A stretch of DNA of 64,000 bases, taken from NCBI GenBank assembly GCA_012520515.1, contig JAAYOD010000031.1, forward strand, positions 4,327-68,326, in the 5' to 3' direction. Positions 10,699 to 20,345 of this stretch are shown here, piece by piece. The stretch is from Clostridiales bacterium. GTDB taxonomy: Bacteria; Bacillota; Clostridia; Christensenellales; DTU072. The notes under the pieces are model-generated. The model did no database searches. It worked only from the letters and a program-made list of their open reading frames with translations, and was not told the DNA's origin. Numbering within the stretch: position 1 is the stretch's first letter; every line of letters begins with the position of its first letter. Both the position numbers and the translations under genes were made by a program.

Positions 10699-10729
10699 GG
10701 GTTTATATTATAACTTTTGTATTGCAATG

Positions 10730-13700
10730 TCAATTGATATTGATAACAACTTCACTGCGTTTGCTGTCTTCAAGCGCAATAAAGTTTTCGCTCCTTAACT
10801 CTCCATCTTGATATACAGCAAAGCTTTTGCTTTTTTTGTAATTTATTTTGTATATGCTGTCGCGGTAGTGATAATATATCACGCTGTCATTAAGCGCTTT
10901 AGGTAATTTAGGGTTAAAGTATATTCTGCTGCCGCGCCTTTTTAGCCCAAAGAAATGTTCAATTATAAGTTTGTACGCCCAGCTAGCGCTCCCTGTATAC
11001 CAACTCCACCCGCTTCTGCCATTGTTCTGTGGATTGGAATAGACATCGCCGCAAAGCACATATGGCTCGCCTTTATACCTTGCATATTTTAATCTGTCTG
11101 CGCCTTTTTCTACGGGATTTAACATTTGAAATAATTCAAAGGCTTCGTCTTGTCTATCTATCATAGTTAGCGCAATTAGATACCACATTGCAGCGTGGGT
11201 ATATTGTCCGCCGTTTTCTCTTATGCCTTTTGGATAAGATGATATATAGCCAAGGTATTCGCTCTTATCAAGCGACGGCATAAGCAGTCTAATCAATCCC
11301 CCTTGCCTGTCTATAAGCTGGCGCGCCGTACTCAAAACTATTTGCGCTTTTTCCTTATCGGCAACGCCGCTAATAACAGCAAAGCTTTGCACTAACAAGT
11401 CTAGCTGTAATGAACTAGAGCGCGCGCTGCCTAGCCATCTGCCATCGTCAGAATACAGCCGCATATATCTATCTACATCAAAGCAGTATTTGTTGATGTT
11501 TTCTTTTAACTCTTTGCTAATTTTTAGCAGTTCATTTTTGGTAGTTTCTGTACAATACTTAGCAAATTTGTTTATGACATAGCAGGCAAACATACTATTA
11601 AAGACGCTTTCGCCTTTACCTTGACTGCATATGTGGTCCATACCGTCATTCCAATCGCCAGAGCCCATAATAAGCAGACCGTGCGGCCCATATTTTAACG
11701 CTGATTTTATTGCTCTTATACAATGCTTATATACACTCTCTGTATAAGTTGTGTATGGCGGGTTTTCTAGCCTTGTGCTTTCATTGGGGTACAGTGGCGG
11801 AGAATGCAAATATGGCAAGCTATGCTCTAAAAACTCCATATTTTTACTCATTTCAACATATTCGCACACTGAATACGGCAAAAACAATTTATCATCGGTT
11901 ATTCTTGTTCTTAATCCAAACTGTGGCGGATGCCACCAATGCATTACATCGCCTTCTTCATATTGGTGCAAACACGCTTCAATTATTTGATTTTTAATAA
12001 TGTCGTGACTGTTGGAAAACGCAAGGCTATCTTGCAACTGGTCTCTAAAGCCAATTGCACCTCCTACTTGATAATATCCTGCTCTTGCGTTTATACGGCT
12101 AGATAGTATTTGGTAAGAAAGAAAATTAGTAAGCAAGTCAAAAGAACGATGCCTAGATAGTACCGTTATGTTATTAGGATTAGTTAACTTTGCCATGCTC
12201 TTTTCTTTCATAACGGGTAAGTTAAGCATATTTATAGACTTTATAAAGTCATAATCTTGACTGGTCACAAAATAAATTTTTGATTTACTCTCTTCTTGGT
12301 AGTATTCCAAAGATGGAAACTGCTTGTTACTTTCTAGCTTTATGCTAGCTTTTTGACCTTGTGATATAATACGCACATAAACCTTGTTATTCTTTCTTAA
12401 ATTGGTGATTTCCAGCATATCTTCTTTATACTTAAAAGTCATAAATGTTGGCTCAAATACCCAATCCAAACAAGGATATAAGGTATAAATTAGTGATATA
12501 TAGCCGCCTTTGTAGTTGTCTATATCTAGCTGTGTGACTTTTGCTTTTCCATCAAAAATTATAAAGCTTGATAATGTGGAATTTATACCGCTTTGGCTTA
12601 GCTTGTGGATAATCTCGCCTGGTTTTATGCAAGTTACTCTATCTTTGCCTACACCACCTGACAAGTTTTGATAACCTAGTTTATTCTTAAAACAAATGAT
12701 TTCACTAGATCTATCAGTTACAAAATCATTGTCAAATCTAATTATTTTATTTTCTCTAGAGTTGCCAAAATAGTAAAATCCGCCGCCGTTGTTAGTGGCT
12801 ATTATTCCGCCATATTTGCCGCCTATAATATTGCTGTATGGAAGCGGCGTTGGAACAAGGCTCTTTTGATAATAATTACCTTCTAAGTTAAAGCAACCGT
12901 AGCCTGATACAAAACTATTGTGAGGCAGTTCTTGCTCAGAGTCTGTATCGGTTATGATATTTTGCAACATCTCTTCCATCTTAATTGCATAAAGCGGTTT
13001 TTTGGTATATTCTAAATCTTCATTAAAAGCAATGAAAGAATATTTTAGCAGTGACTCATCTTCTATTATGGTAAAGTCATTAATTATATTCTTCCTGAGA
13101 ACTTGACTGACATATTCTGCAAGATTGTTATTTGCCTTATTCTTAACATAAATTACAATTTTTACAGGGATATCTAACACTTGCAGATTTTTTATTATTT
13201 CTACAAATGTAAATAAATTTTCCGATTTGTTTTCAGAATAAACATAGCTAATAACCTTGCGGTTTGCGGTAAAATGCCTAAAGGTATCTATTTGTTGTTC
13301 TGTTTCTAGCTCTTGCATAAGTTTATTAGGGTATGGCGCATAGACAAGCTCACCAATAATGTTTTGCGTTTTGCAATTAATGGGATAATTAGACAAGCAA
13401 GCATTGGCAAAAGTATAATAATCTTCTGGTAAAAGCTTAGTTTTTTCTTCTAACTCGTGCATTGATGAGCCAAAAACCATACAAACTTGGCATTCTGTGC
13501 CGTTAGGCTGTCCACTAAAAGCAATACATGGACTTAGCACGTCGCCTAGCGACGGATAGCTAAGCTTTGGCTTGTCAGAGCTAAGAAAATACGGCTTATT
13601 TAGCATACCGTTTCTGCCTATGAAGTTGGCGCGGTTGGTTTCCCAAACTATATTATCTAAACCTCGGACAAGCACGGCAATATATCTATCTTGTCCGTCG

Positions 13701-16700
13701 TCTTGCATAGAGCGTCTTTTTATATATAAAATATCGTTCTCTACAAAAGTTTCTATAAACAAGTCATTAAAGGTAGGATGAGAATAATATCCGTCAAAGC
13801 TGTTTAGAGTAACGGGCATATAGAATGCCACTTGCTTTGTAAATCTTGGATATGAAAGTTTGCGCACTACGCCCCCTATCCCTGACAATAAAGCAATGGA
13901 TAGTTCTAAATTCTCGCTTATATTCTTATAAAAAACATTACAAGCATTATGAGAAAAGGTAAAATTGTTCTTTTTGCCTAGTAAAGGCAGATAGGTTGGT
14001 GACTTGAAAACATTGTTTTCATTTTTTACATAAAAATATCCGCCTGTCGCTTCTTGGTAAACAGGTATAAACTTGTCAATTATTATGTTGTTTGCAGTAC
14101 AAAAGCTGTTGCCGTTTGCGCAAAAAATTTGATTGACGCTGGCGTCTGTCAAGGTGGCGGCATTATAGCATTGTTCCACATTATCATAATGTTTGTAATA
14201 ATCTGACTTATTTGCAGTAGCTAGTTTTGGCGTATGTGTATAAACTATGCCATGTCTTACTTTGTGTAAGTTCTCATTAAATAGTTGTATACAACCATTA
14301 ATTTTAACATTGTTTAGCATAAGCTTTACAATATAATTGTTGTATAGGCGGTTGGTAAGAGCGCATAAAATCATACCTTGATGGTGGCTCATAAATGTGT
14401 ACACAATAGGTTGCTTTTTCCTAAAGTCTATACTTTCATAAAAACCATATTCGTCAAGCATATCTAGCTTTTCTAAATTACGGAAATTGTCTAAAACTGC
14501 GTTTGTATTGTATGGTAGCGCAAGTGCACTGCTATAAGGGCTTACAACACCTATATTTTGCGCGTTTCTAAGCGATAGTTCTCTTAGACCAAAGGCGTGA
14601 TACTGATAATGCTGTTTTTTATCAAATAGAGCATAGGCACTTTCACTTACTCCCCATACTCCTTGCCACTTAGCTCTCTGCTGAGTAGCTACAACATTTA
14701 CAGCTGTTCTCTTTAATGTGGAAAATTGGGGCAAAGGTAAAAATAAGTCGGGCATAAGGTATTCAAACATTGTGCCTGACCAAGATAGCATAGTATTGCC
14801 TCTAAGTGCTGTATAATCTCTATGCAAGGCGTTATAATGCTCATTTTTGCCATACAAAGCTATAAAAATCATACTAAGCAATCTAGCTTCCGACGATAAT
14901 AGGTCATAGTGCCCTGTATGTTTTTCTCCATCATAGCCTAAATAGAAAAGATTTTTTTCATTATCGTATAGGGCGGCTAAATTCGTATCCTTTATTAGCA
15001 ACTGCGCTCTTAATTCGCCTAAGATGTTTTGATTTTCTCTAAAAAATTCCTTGACGATTAAAAGGCAAGCTAAAAAGTTACCGCTGTCAACGCTGGAAAC
15101 AAACTTATTTACTTTTTTAAGAGTGTCAATTTTGTACCAATTATATAAATTGCCCTGCCATTTTTCCATTTTTTCTATGCTTGCAATGGAATTTAGCAGG
15201 TTATGAGTGCATTTTTCCAGCGTTATCAATTGCATTTTGTATGCGCATATTTCCGCAAGCAAGGCAAAGCCTATATTTGTTGGAGAAGTAACAGCAGCTT
15301 CGCCTTTGTAAGGCTTTATTTGAAAATTATCGGATATTATGCCGTTATCATTGCGCATAAACTCAAAATATTTGTATGTTTTTGTAGCAATATCGTAAAG
15401 ATATTTTTTGTCCACTTGATTAAGTTCGGGCATCTTGTAATCTTTTGACGATAGGTAATACAACCTAAAATACATTATTACACTTATCAAGATGTACAAG
15501 GAAAACAGCAAGCTATAATATCCAAAAAAGAATACAATTACATTTATTGCCGTCAGTACAAATGTAGGTATAGCAAACTCTTTTACATAGCTTTCTATTT
15601 TGTTGGCATTTTGAGAGCTATAAAACGGTTTCCATTCTAGCAATTTTTTACCTTTTATCATTCTGATAAGCGTACTTATCAAAATATAGGTGTTGGAAAT
15701 TGCATAATACCCTATCATAAACAAATCTTCAAACAAAAGAAAATATTTCTTTAGCTTGTGTTGCGCAATATACCTAAGACGAACATTGTAGATTATTTGC
15801 CTAGAGCTTTTCATTTGGTTAAGCATATAAGGTATATAAAACAGTGCCCAAAATTGTAGCATAATTTGCCAGCTGTTTGTAAAAATACCGAATAGCGCAA
15901 TAGCAAAAAGCATAAGTTCTTTTAGGTTGTAGAGTATGTTTTTTGCCATTATATATTTATAAAAAGGCTGAATTTTTCTCTTGCAAACATTGCCTTCGGT
16001 ATCCCGCCATTTCCCTGATATAAAAGGCAATAGCTGAATATCTCCCCTTTGCCATCTAATTCTGCGTTCTCTATCCGACAAAAAGCCTGACGGAACATCT
16101 TCAAATATTATGTTAGCAGCTCCTGTGGTAAGTACACTGCCTTCTATTATGTCGTGCGATAAAATACGCTTTTCAGGAAAAACTCCTTCAAGTTTTTTGT
16201 AAAAGGCATTAAGTCTGTAAATGCCTTTGCCGCAATATATTTCTCTATCAAAAAGATTGTAGTAAAAGGTATTGTAATGCGGGTAAATATTTACCCCGCT
16301 TTCAGATAAAAATCTTTTGCTGTATACTTTGTTGTAAGAAAATAAATTATAGCGGTTTTGGGTGGAAAGCAGGTCAAACTGCTCATTATATGGGTGAGCA
16401 ATCATATTGACCATTTCTTTAACACCGCCTGGAAGTACCATGTTGTCAGCATCAAGCGTTACAATAAACTTGGGCGCAGGAAAATCAGGGTGTAAAATAT
16501 AATCAAACTCATCGGTGTTTTTGGTGATAAGCATTTTGTTAAGGGCAAGAATTGCTCCCCTTTTGCGCTCCCAACCTTGATACTTACCGTCTATTAAAGT
16601 GCGTCGTCTTATAAAGATATTTATTGTTTCATTAAAAACATAGTCCCTTAAATAATCTTCCACTTCTTTATCTAAAATATCTGTTTGGGAATTGCTCTTT

Positions 16701-18124
16701 CTAAGGTCCATTAATATAGCTACCTGAATGTTTTCGTCGGGGCAGTTGGCTTTTACCGTTTCTGCGTGTCTTATGCTTTCAGCTAGTTGCTCTACGCTTC
16801 CTATATACTCAGAGATAACGACCATTGTGTTATACTCAAAAGGTACACTCTCAAAGTTCATACTTGGAATTATCTTTTCTGAACGCCAAAAGGAAATTAA
16901 ATATGCAAGAGCATTTTCAGCAATAAAAATAGCAGGTATTAAGCTCAAAATTGCCACTAAAATGGAATCTAACGTAACCAATGCTGAATAACACAAAACT
17001 AGCGCAATTATAATTATAGCGCCTATATAAAGGCGTTGCAGTCCCACTGTCTTTTTGGGTGCAAGTCTTGTAGGCGTGTTACTCTTTACATATCGTCTTA
17101 ATTCGCCTATATGGTCGTATAACACAACCGACACATCAATGTCGTTGTATTCGGCAAGCTCTATTGCTTTTTCTGCAATGTACGCTTCGCTTATGTTCAT
17201 AGATTTGCTAAGCTTTTCCACCTTGGCATAATAAGATAATTTTGTTTTTGTGGATATGTTTGTATAATCTTTTGATTTTTCCATACTCTCGCTCATAGCA
17301 AGATATTTTATGCCGTCTTCTACCGGCACAAAATCGCTTATTATGTGCAGAGCCTTAAACAAGGTTTCTGCCATTTGGGTATTTTCCATAATGGCTTTGT
17401 TGTGGCTTAATGCCACCTTATTTTTACTGATGCCTAATTTTTCTAGGTACTCTTTTTGTTTATCGTCAAGGTTGCCATATTCGTAAAGGTAAAAACAATA
17501 GCTATCGTACTTTAGCATCCTTTTGTCAATTTTTTTTTGCTTTGCTGCCGCAAGGCAATCATTTTGAAACAAAATTCTTTGGCACATTACATAAAGCTGT
17601 TCAATAATGGCAAAGCTAAGCGCTTGATTAATTACTTTAATTTCCATAAAATTAAAGGAAACGCTGGTTTTTATTGCTTCAAATACATTTCTTACTCTTT
17701 GGATTGTTAACATACCTAAAGAGTTTCTAACAATGTGGCGCGCTATCGTTATTATTCTGGGAACATCGTTTACATGCGGTAAGTCATTATAGATATTTTT
17801 ATTACCAAATATGTTGCGATAGACTAAATAAAAATTTTCAAACAGCCATTTTTCCGCTTCATATAGCGGAATGTTTTTTTCGTTTTTATAGGAGACAATG
17901 CGATTGACTTTGGCTATTTTTCGGTATAAGCTATGTATGCTTATACCTAGTCCTGCCGTCGTCATACGCAAGGTTTTTGCTAAATCTATTGCTGTTGTGA
18001 TTATACTTTCATCACTTAGCGTTCGCATTTGTATATTTTCTATTGGTGTTCTTTTCATAACAAAAGTAAATACTATTGTCATTGCAAGAATGAATAAAAA
18101 TAAGAATATAATAATATAAAGCAT
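10730..18124 (-). CDS. cyclic beta-1,2-glucan synthase-like multidomain protein (membrane GT module + (alpha/alpha)6 cyclase-like module + GH94 phosphorylase-like module)
   Basis: Uninterrupted ~2,460-aa ORF. The GT module has VTLDADNMV (~16447-16455) and RWQRGDIQ (~16035-16058), flanked by TM helices. The central module runs SPTNIGFALL...MFEYLMPDLF...MSHHQGMIL (~14350-15300). The C-terminal module has GFRDQLQDS, GDWNDGMD and GGQYTHAAMWY...NP, as in GH94 phosphorylases. I place the start at MLYIII (ATG 18122-18124, AGAGG SD) because the ORF-track start at 18175 runs into the rnpB promoter. Confidence 0.8.
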   Translation of the reverse strand: MLYIIIFLFLFILAMTIVFTFVMKRTPIENIQMRTLSDESIITTAIDLAKTLRMTTAGLGISIHSLYRKIAKVNRIVSYKNEKNIPLYEAEKWLFENFYLVYRNIFGNKNIYNDLPHVNDVPRIITIARHIVRNSLGMLTIQRVRNVFEAIKTSVSFNFMEIKVINQALSFAIIEQLYVMCQRILFQNDCLAAAKQKKIDKRMLKYDSYCFYLYEYGNLDDKQKEYLEKLGISKNKVALSHNKAIMENTQMAETLFKALHIISDFVPVEDGIKYLAMSESMEKSKDYTNISTKTKLSYYAKVEKLSKSMNISEAYIAEKAIELAEYNDIDVSVVLYDHIGELRRYVKSNTPTRLAPKKTVGLQRLYIGAIIIIALVLCYSALVTLDSILVAILSLIPAIFIAENALAYLISFWRSEKIIPSMNFESVPFEYNTMVVISEYIGSVEQLAESIRHAETVKANCPDENIQVAILMDLRKSNSQTDILDKEVEDYLRDYVFNETINIFIRRRTLIDGKYQGWERKRGAILALNKMLITKNTDEFDYILHPDFPAPKFIVTLDADNMVLPGGVKEMVNMIAHPYNEQFDLLSTQNRYNLFSYNKVYSKRFLSESGVNIYPHYNTFYYNLFDREIYCGKGIYRLNAFYKKLEGVFPEKRILSHDIIEGSVLTTGAANIIFEDVPSGFLSDRERRIRWQRGDIQLLPFISGKWRDTEGNVCKRKIQPFYKYIMAKNILYNLKELMLFAIALFGIFTNSWQIMLQFWALFYIPYMLNQMKSSRQIIYNVRLRYIAQHKLKKYFLLFEDLFMIGYYAISNTYILISTLIRMIKGKKLLEWKPFYSSQNANKIESYVKEFAIPTFVLTAINVIVFFFGYYSLLFSLYILISVIMYFRLYYLSSKDYKMPELNQVDKKYLYDIATKTYKYFEFMRNDNGIISDNFQIKPYKGEAAVTSPTNIGFALLAEICAYKMQLITLEKCTHNLLNSIASIEKMEKWQGNLYNWYKIDTLKKVNKFVSSVDSGNFLACLLIVKEFFRENQNILGELRAQLLIKDTNLAALYDNEKNLFYLGYDGEKHTGHYDLLSSEARLLSMIFIALYGKNEHYNALHRDYTALRGNTMLSWSGTMFEYLMPDLFLPLPQFSTLKRTAVNVVATQQRAKWQGVWGVSESAYALFDKKQHYQYHAFGLRELSLRNAQNIGVVSPYSSALALPYNTNAVLDNFRNLEKLDMLDEYGFYESIDFRKKQPIVYTFMSHHQGMILCALTNRLYNNYIVKLMLNNVKINGCIQLFNENLHKVRHGIVYTHTPKLATANKSDYYKHYDNVEQCYNAATLTDASVNQIFCANGNSFCTANNIIIDKFIPVYQEATGGYFYVKNENNVFKSPTYLPLLGKKNNFTFSHNACNVFYKNISENLELSIALLSGIGGVVRKLSYPRFTKQVAFYMPVTLNSFDGYYSHPTFNDLFIETFVENDILYIKRRSMQDDGQDRYIAVLVRGLDNIVWETNRANFIGRNGMLNKPYFLSSDKPKLSYPSLGDVLSPCIAFSGQPNGTECQVCMVFGSSMHELEEKTKLLPEDYYTFANACLSNYPINCKTQNIIGELVYAPYPNKLMQELETEQQIDTFRHFTANRKVISYVYSENKSENLFTFVEIIKNLQVLDIPVKIVIYVKNKANNNLAEYVSQVLRKNIINDFTIIEDESLLKYSFIAFNEDLEYTKKPLYAIKMEEMLQNIITDTDSEQELPHNSFVSGYGCFNLEGNYYQKSLVPTPLPYSNIIGGKYGGIIATNNGGGFYYFGNSRENKIIRFDNDFVTDRSSEIICFKNKLGYQNLSGGVGKDRVTCIKPGEIIHKLSQSGINSTLSSFIIFDGKAKVTQLDIDNYKGGYISLIYTLYPCLDWVFEPTFMTFKYKEDMLEITNLRKNNKVYVRIISQGQKASIKLESNKQFPSLEYYQEESKSKIYFVTSQDYDFIKSINMLNLPVMKEKSMAKLTNPNNITVLSRHRSFDLLTNFLSYQILSSRINARAGYYQVGGAIGFRDQLQDSLAFSNSHDIIKNQIIEACLHQYEEGDVMHWWHPPQFGLRTRITDDKLFLPYSVCEYVEMSKNMEFLEHSLPYLHSPPLYPNESTRLENPPYTTYTESVYKHCIRAIKSALKYGPHGLLIMGSGDWNDGMDHICSQGKGESVFNSMFACYVINKFAKYCTETTKNELLKISKELKENINKYCFDVDRYMRLYSDDGRWLGSARSSSLQLDLLVQSFAVISGVADKEKAQIVLSTARQLIDRQGGLIRLLMPSLDKSEYLGYISSYPKGIRENGGQYTHAAMWYLIALTMIDRQDEAFELFQMLNPVEKGADRLKYARYKGEPYVLCGDVYSNPQNNGRSGWSWYTGSASWAYKLIIEHFFGLKRRGSRIYFNPKLPKALNDSVIYYHYRDSIYKINYKKSKSFAVYQDGELRSENFIALEDSKRSEVVININ

Positions 18125-18169
18125 AGAAACCTCTATGCAAAGTATGAGCAGAACTATTATGCTATATAC

Positions 18170-18198
18170 TTGCAAAACAGCAAATTTGGTGGTAGAAT
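18170..18198 (+). promoter_or_regulatory. sigma-A type promoter of rnpB (TTGCAA-N17-TGgTAGAAT)
   Basis: TTGCAA at 18170-18175, a 17-nt spacer ending in TGG, and TAGAAT at 18193-18198. The first base of the P1 helix lies about 8 nt downstream. Confidence 0.6.
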
Positions 18199-18206
18199 AG
18201 TACTAG

Positions 18207-18534
18207 CAAGTTAGCCAGATGACCGCAACATTAGTTGAGGAAAGTCCGAGCATCGCAAGGCAAAGGCGGCGGGTAACACCCGCTGAAGGCGACTTTAAGG
18301 AAAGTGCAACAGAAAGATACCGCAATAAGTAATTATTGTAAGGATGGAAAGGTGCGGTAAGAGCGCACCAGCATTTCGGCGACGAAATTGGCTATGTAAA
18401 CCCCGCCTGATGCAAGAGATAAGGTCATAAAGGCTTGCCTTGGCCGACCTTAGAAGTTTCGCTTGAGCATTTCGGTAACGATATGCCTAGACAGATGGTC
18501 ATCAAATACAGAACTCGGCTTATAGACTAACTTG
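18207..18534 (+). ncRNA. rnpB: RNase P RNA (bacterial, type-A-like architecture)
   Basis: The P1 helix pairs CAAGTTAG with CTAACTTG. Universally conserved blocks are present: GAGGAAAGTCCG, GGGTAACACCC, AGTGCAACAGAAAGATACCGC, GGTGCGGTAAGAGCGCACCAG, GTAAACCCC, GCTTGAGC and ACAGAACTCGGCTTAT. It is collinear with E. coli M1 RNA. Confidence 0.9.
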
Positions 18535-18540
18535 TTTTAC

Positions 18541-18582
18541 AAAAAACACTCAAAATTGTTTGATTTTGAGTGTTTTTGTTTT
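18541..18582. terminator. bidirectional rho-independent terminator between rnpB (+) and sigK (-)
   Basis: An 11-bp stem pairs acactcaaaat (18546-18556) with attttgagtgt (18563-18573). It has an A-run upstream and a T-run downstream. Confidence 0.75.
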
Positions 18583-18600
18583 AAATCTATAAATTATTCT

Positions 18601-19308
18601 TTAGAAAAATTGTAAATTTTCTTTAACTATGTACTCTTTCATTTTTAGTAAGGATTTTTTTTCTATTCTGGATATATAAGAGCGGGAGATTTGTAACATA
18701 TCAGCCACTTTTTGCTGGGTAAAAGGCATTCCATTTTCTAAGCCAAACCTAAGTGTTACTATACGCTTTTCCCTTTCGGTAAGGCATTTTGACATTACTT
18801 TTTTTAACGCTTTGCGTAAAAACTCCTCATCTATTTTTTTGTAGACGCTGTCTTCTTCTACGCATAATAAGTCCATAAGCATCATTTCATTGCCGTCTTT
18901 ATCTTTACCGACAGGGTCATATAGCGATACTTCTTGAGAATGTCTTTTTTGCACGCGCATTGCCATAAGAATTTCATTTTCTATACACCTTGACGCATAG
19001 GTTGCAAGCTGAGAACCTTTAGATGGATTATATGAATTTATTGCTTTAATAAGCCCCATTGCGCCAATGCTTATAAGGTCGCCGCTGTCAGGATAGTTTA
19101 CATATTTTTTTGCTATAAAAACCACAAGGCGCAAATTGTGCTTGACTAGGATATTTCTAGCTTCCATGTCGCCGTCTTTTTGAAATTTTTCTAAATACTC
19201 TTTTTCTTTTTCCGCAGATAGCGGATATGGGAAAGAATTGCCCGTTTCTATTCTTGATGTAAATAACAAAAGATTGCTAAGTAAAGTAAAAAAACCTTCT
19301 AATATCAT
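18601..19308 (-). CDS. sigK: sporulation sigma factor K, uninterrupted, with N-terminal pro-sequence
   Basis: Aligns by eye along its whole length with B. subtilis SigK: ...NSFPYPLSAEKEKEYL..., [59 protein letters not shown] hydrophobic ~18-20-aa leader (MILEGFFTLLSNLLLFTS) precedes the mature-like sequence. Confidence 0.85.
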   Translation of the reverse strand: MILEGFFTLLSNLLLFTSRIETGNSFPYPLSAEKEKEYLEKFQKDGDMEARNILVKHNLRLVVFIAKKYVNYPDSGDLISIGAMGLIKAINSYNPSKGSQLATYASRCIENEILMAMRVQKRHSQEVSLYDPVGKDKDGNEMMLMDLLCVEEDSVYKKIDEEFLRKALKKVMSKCLTEREKRIVTLRFGLENGMPFTQQKVADMLQISRSYISRIEKKSLLKMKEYIVKENLQFF

Positions 19309-19332
19309 ACTGCTCCATCATATTAACTATAC

Positions 19333-19358
19333 AATATATGTGGGATAATAGCTAAAGT
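19333..19358 (-). promoter_or_regulatory. candidate mother-cell-type promoter for sigK (AC-N16-CATATATT)
   Basis: Minus strand has AC (19358-19357), a 16-nt spacer, then CATATATT (19340-19333), about 25 nt upstream of the ATG. It resembles the sigma-E/sigma-K -10 element CATA---T. This is a motif match only. Confidence 0.35.
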
Positions 19359-19401
19359 TGTTAAAAATATTAAAAAGGTGTCGAATTTTTGTAATAATAA
19401 T

Positions 19402-19435
19402 TAAAAAGCAGTTTATAAAAAACATAAACTGCTTG
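19402..19435 (-). terminator. rho-independent terminator downstream of nrdR
   Basis: Stem aagcagtttat (19406-19416) pairs with ataaactgctt (19424-19434), with a U-run on the minus transcript. Confidence 0.7.
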
Positions 19436-19461
19436 TTTACTATTAAGTTATATTAAGTTTC

Positions 19462-19929
19462 TTATTGGTGTTCTTTTTTGTTTTTAACTAATGCTTCAAT
19501 TTCATTAAATAAGGTGTTTAGGTCTTTAAATTCTCTATGTACCGATGCAAACCTAACATATGCTACTTCGTCTAAATTTTTTAGCTTTTCCATAACCATT
19601 TCGCCAATTTGCTTAGATGTAATTTCTTGCGCAAGCGAATTATTGACCTGTTTTTCTACTTCGCTAATTAGCTTATCTATCTTTGCAATAGGTACTGGGC
19701 GTTTTTCACAAGCTTTTAGTATGCCTGCTTTTATTTTGGAAGAATCAAAAGTTTGCCTATTACCGCTATTTTTAATGACAAGTACTGGAGCGCTTTCTAC
19801 CTTTTCGTAAGTGGTGTAGCGTTTAGCACAGGTTATGCATTCTCGCCTACGCCTTATAGAATTGCCGTCATCGCTTACTCTTGAGTCAACAACCTTACTT
19901 TCTAAAGAGCCACAGTAAATACATCTCAT
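19462..19929 (-). CDS. nrdR: transcriptional repressor NrdR (zinc ribbon + ATP-cone)
   Basis: MRCIYCGSLESKVVDSRVSDDGNSIRRRRECITCAKRYTTYE followed by an ATP-cone. The start is taken at MRCIYCG (ATG 19927-19929), as in characterised NrdR proteins. Confidence 0.9.
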   Translation of the reverse strand: MRCIYCGSLESKVVDSRVSDDGNSIRRRRECITCAKRYTTYEKVESAPVLVIKNSGNRQTFDSSKIKAGILKACEKRPVPIAKIDKLISEVEKQVNNSLAQEITSKQIGEMVMEKLKNLDEVAYVRFASVHREFKDLNTLFNEIEALVKNKKEHQ

Positions 19930-20004
19930 TTTGCACCGCCTAAGCATTTATACAATAATTATACAAAATAATTACATAAAAGTAAATACTTTACTGGCAA
20001 ATTA

Positions 20005-20289
20005 TCAGCACGGAGAAGGAAAGTCACACCTTGGCGGTGGATTATTGTTAAGGTCCACTAAAATTACATCGTCACCTATTTTTAATATGCATTGCCAAGG
20101 GATAAAAATATTGTTTGAGCCCGTAATGCTTTTTAGAAACTTTACTTCTCCTGGCACAATTATTCCCACCGTTTGTCCCCTGCAATTTAAGGCAATATCA
20201 CTAAGCCTTCCTAGCTTTTTGCCGTCGGCGACATTTACCACTGTCCTTTCACGCAATTCACAAAAGGTATATTCTATATTACTGTTCAT
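20005..20289 (-). CDS. ylmC: YlmC/YmxH-family sporulation protein (PRC-barrel)
   Basis: ELRERTVVNVADGKKLGRLSDIAL...GIIVPG... matches the YlmC/YmxH pattern. It sits downstream of sigG, as in Bacillus. Confidence 0.8.
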   Translation of the reverse strand: MNSNIEYTFCELRERTVVNVADGKKLGRLSDIALNCRGQTVGIIVPGEVKFLKSITGSNNIFIPWQCILKIGDDVILVDLNNNPPPRCDFPSPC

Positions 20290-20336
20290 AAAAAAAGACC
20301 GTCCTTTGATATTATATTGTGAGAACGGTCTTTTTA
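20290..20336 (-). terminator. hairpin plus U-run downstream of sigG (long loop)
   Basis: Stem agaccgt (20296-20302) pairs with acggtct (20325-20331), with an A7 run on +. The loop is ~22 nt, so the call is weaker. Confidence 0.45.
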
Positions 20337-20345
20337 TGTCAATAC

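Noticed and set aside
18125-18175. 17-codon N-terminal extension of the giant ORF (MQVYSIIVLLILCIEVS)
   Set aside because: It would place the start codon inside the rnpB -35 element. The ATG at 18122-18124 has an AGAGG SD and starts directly with the first TM helix.
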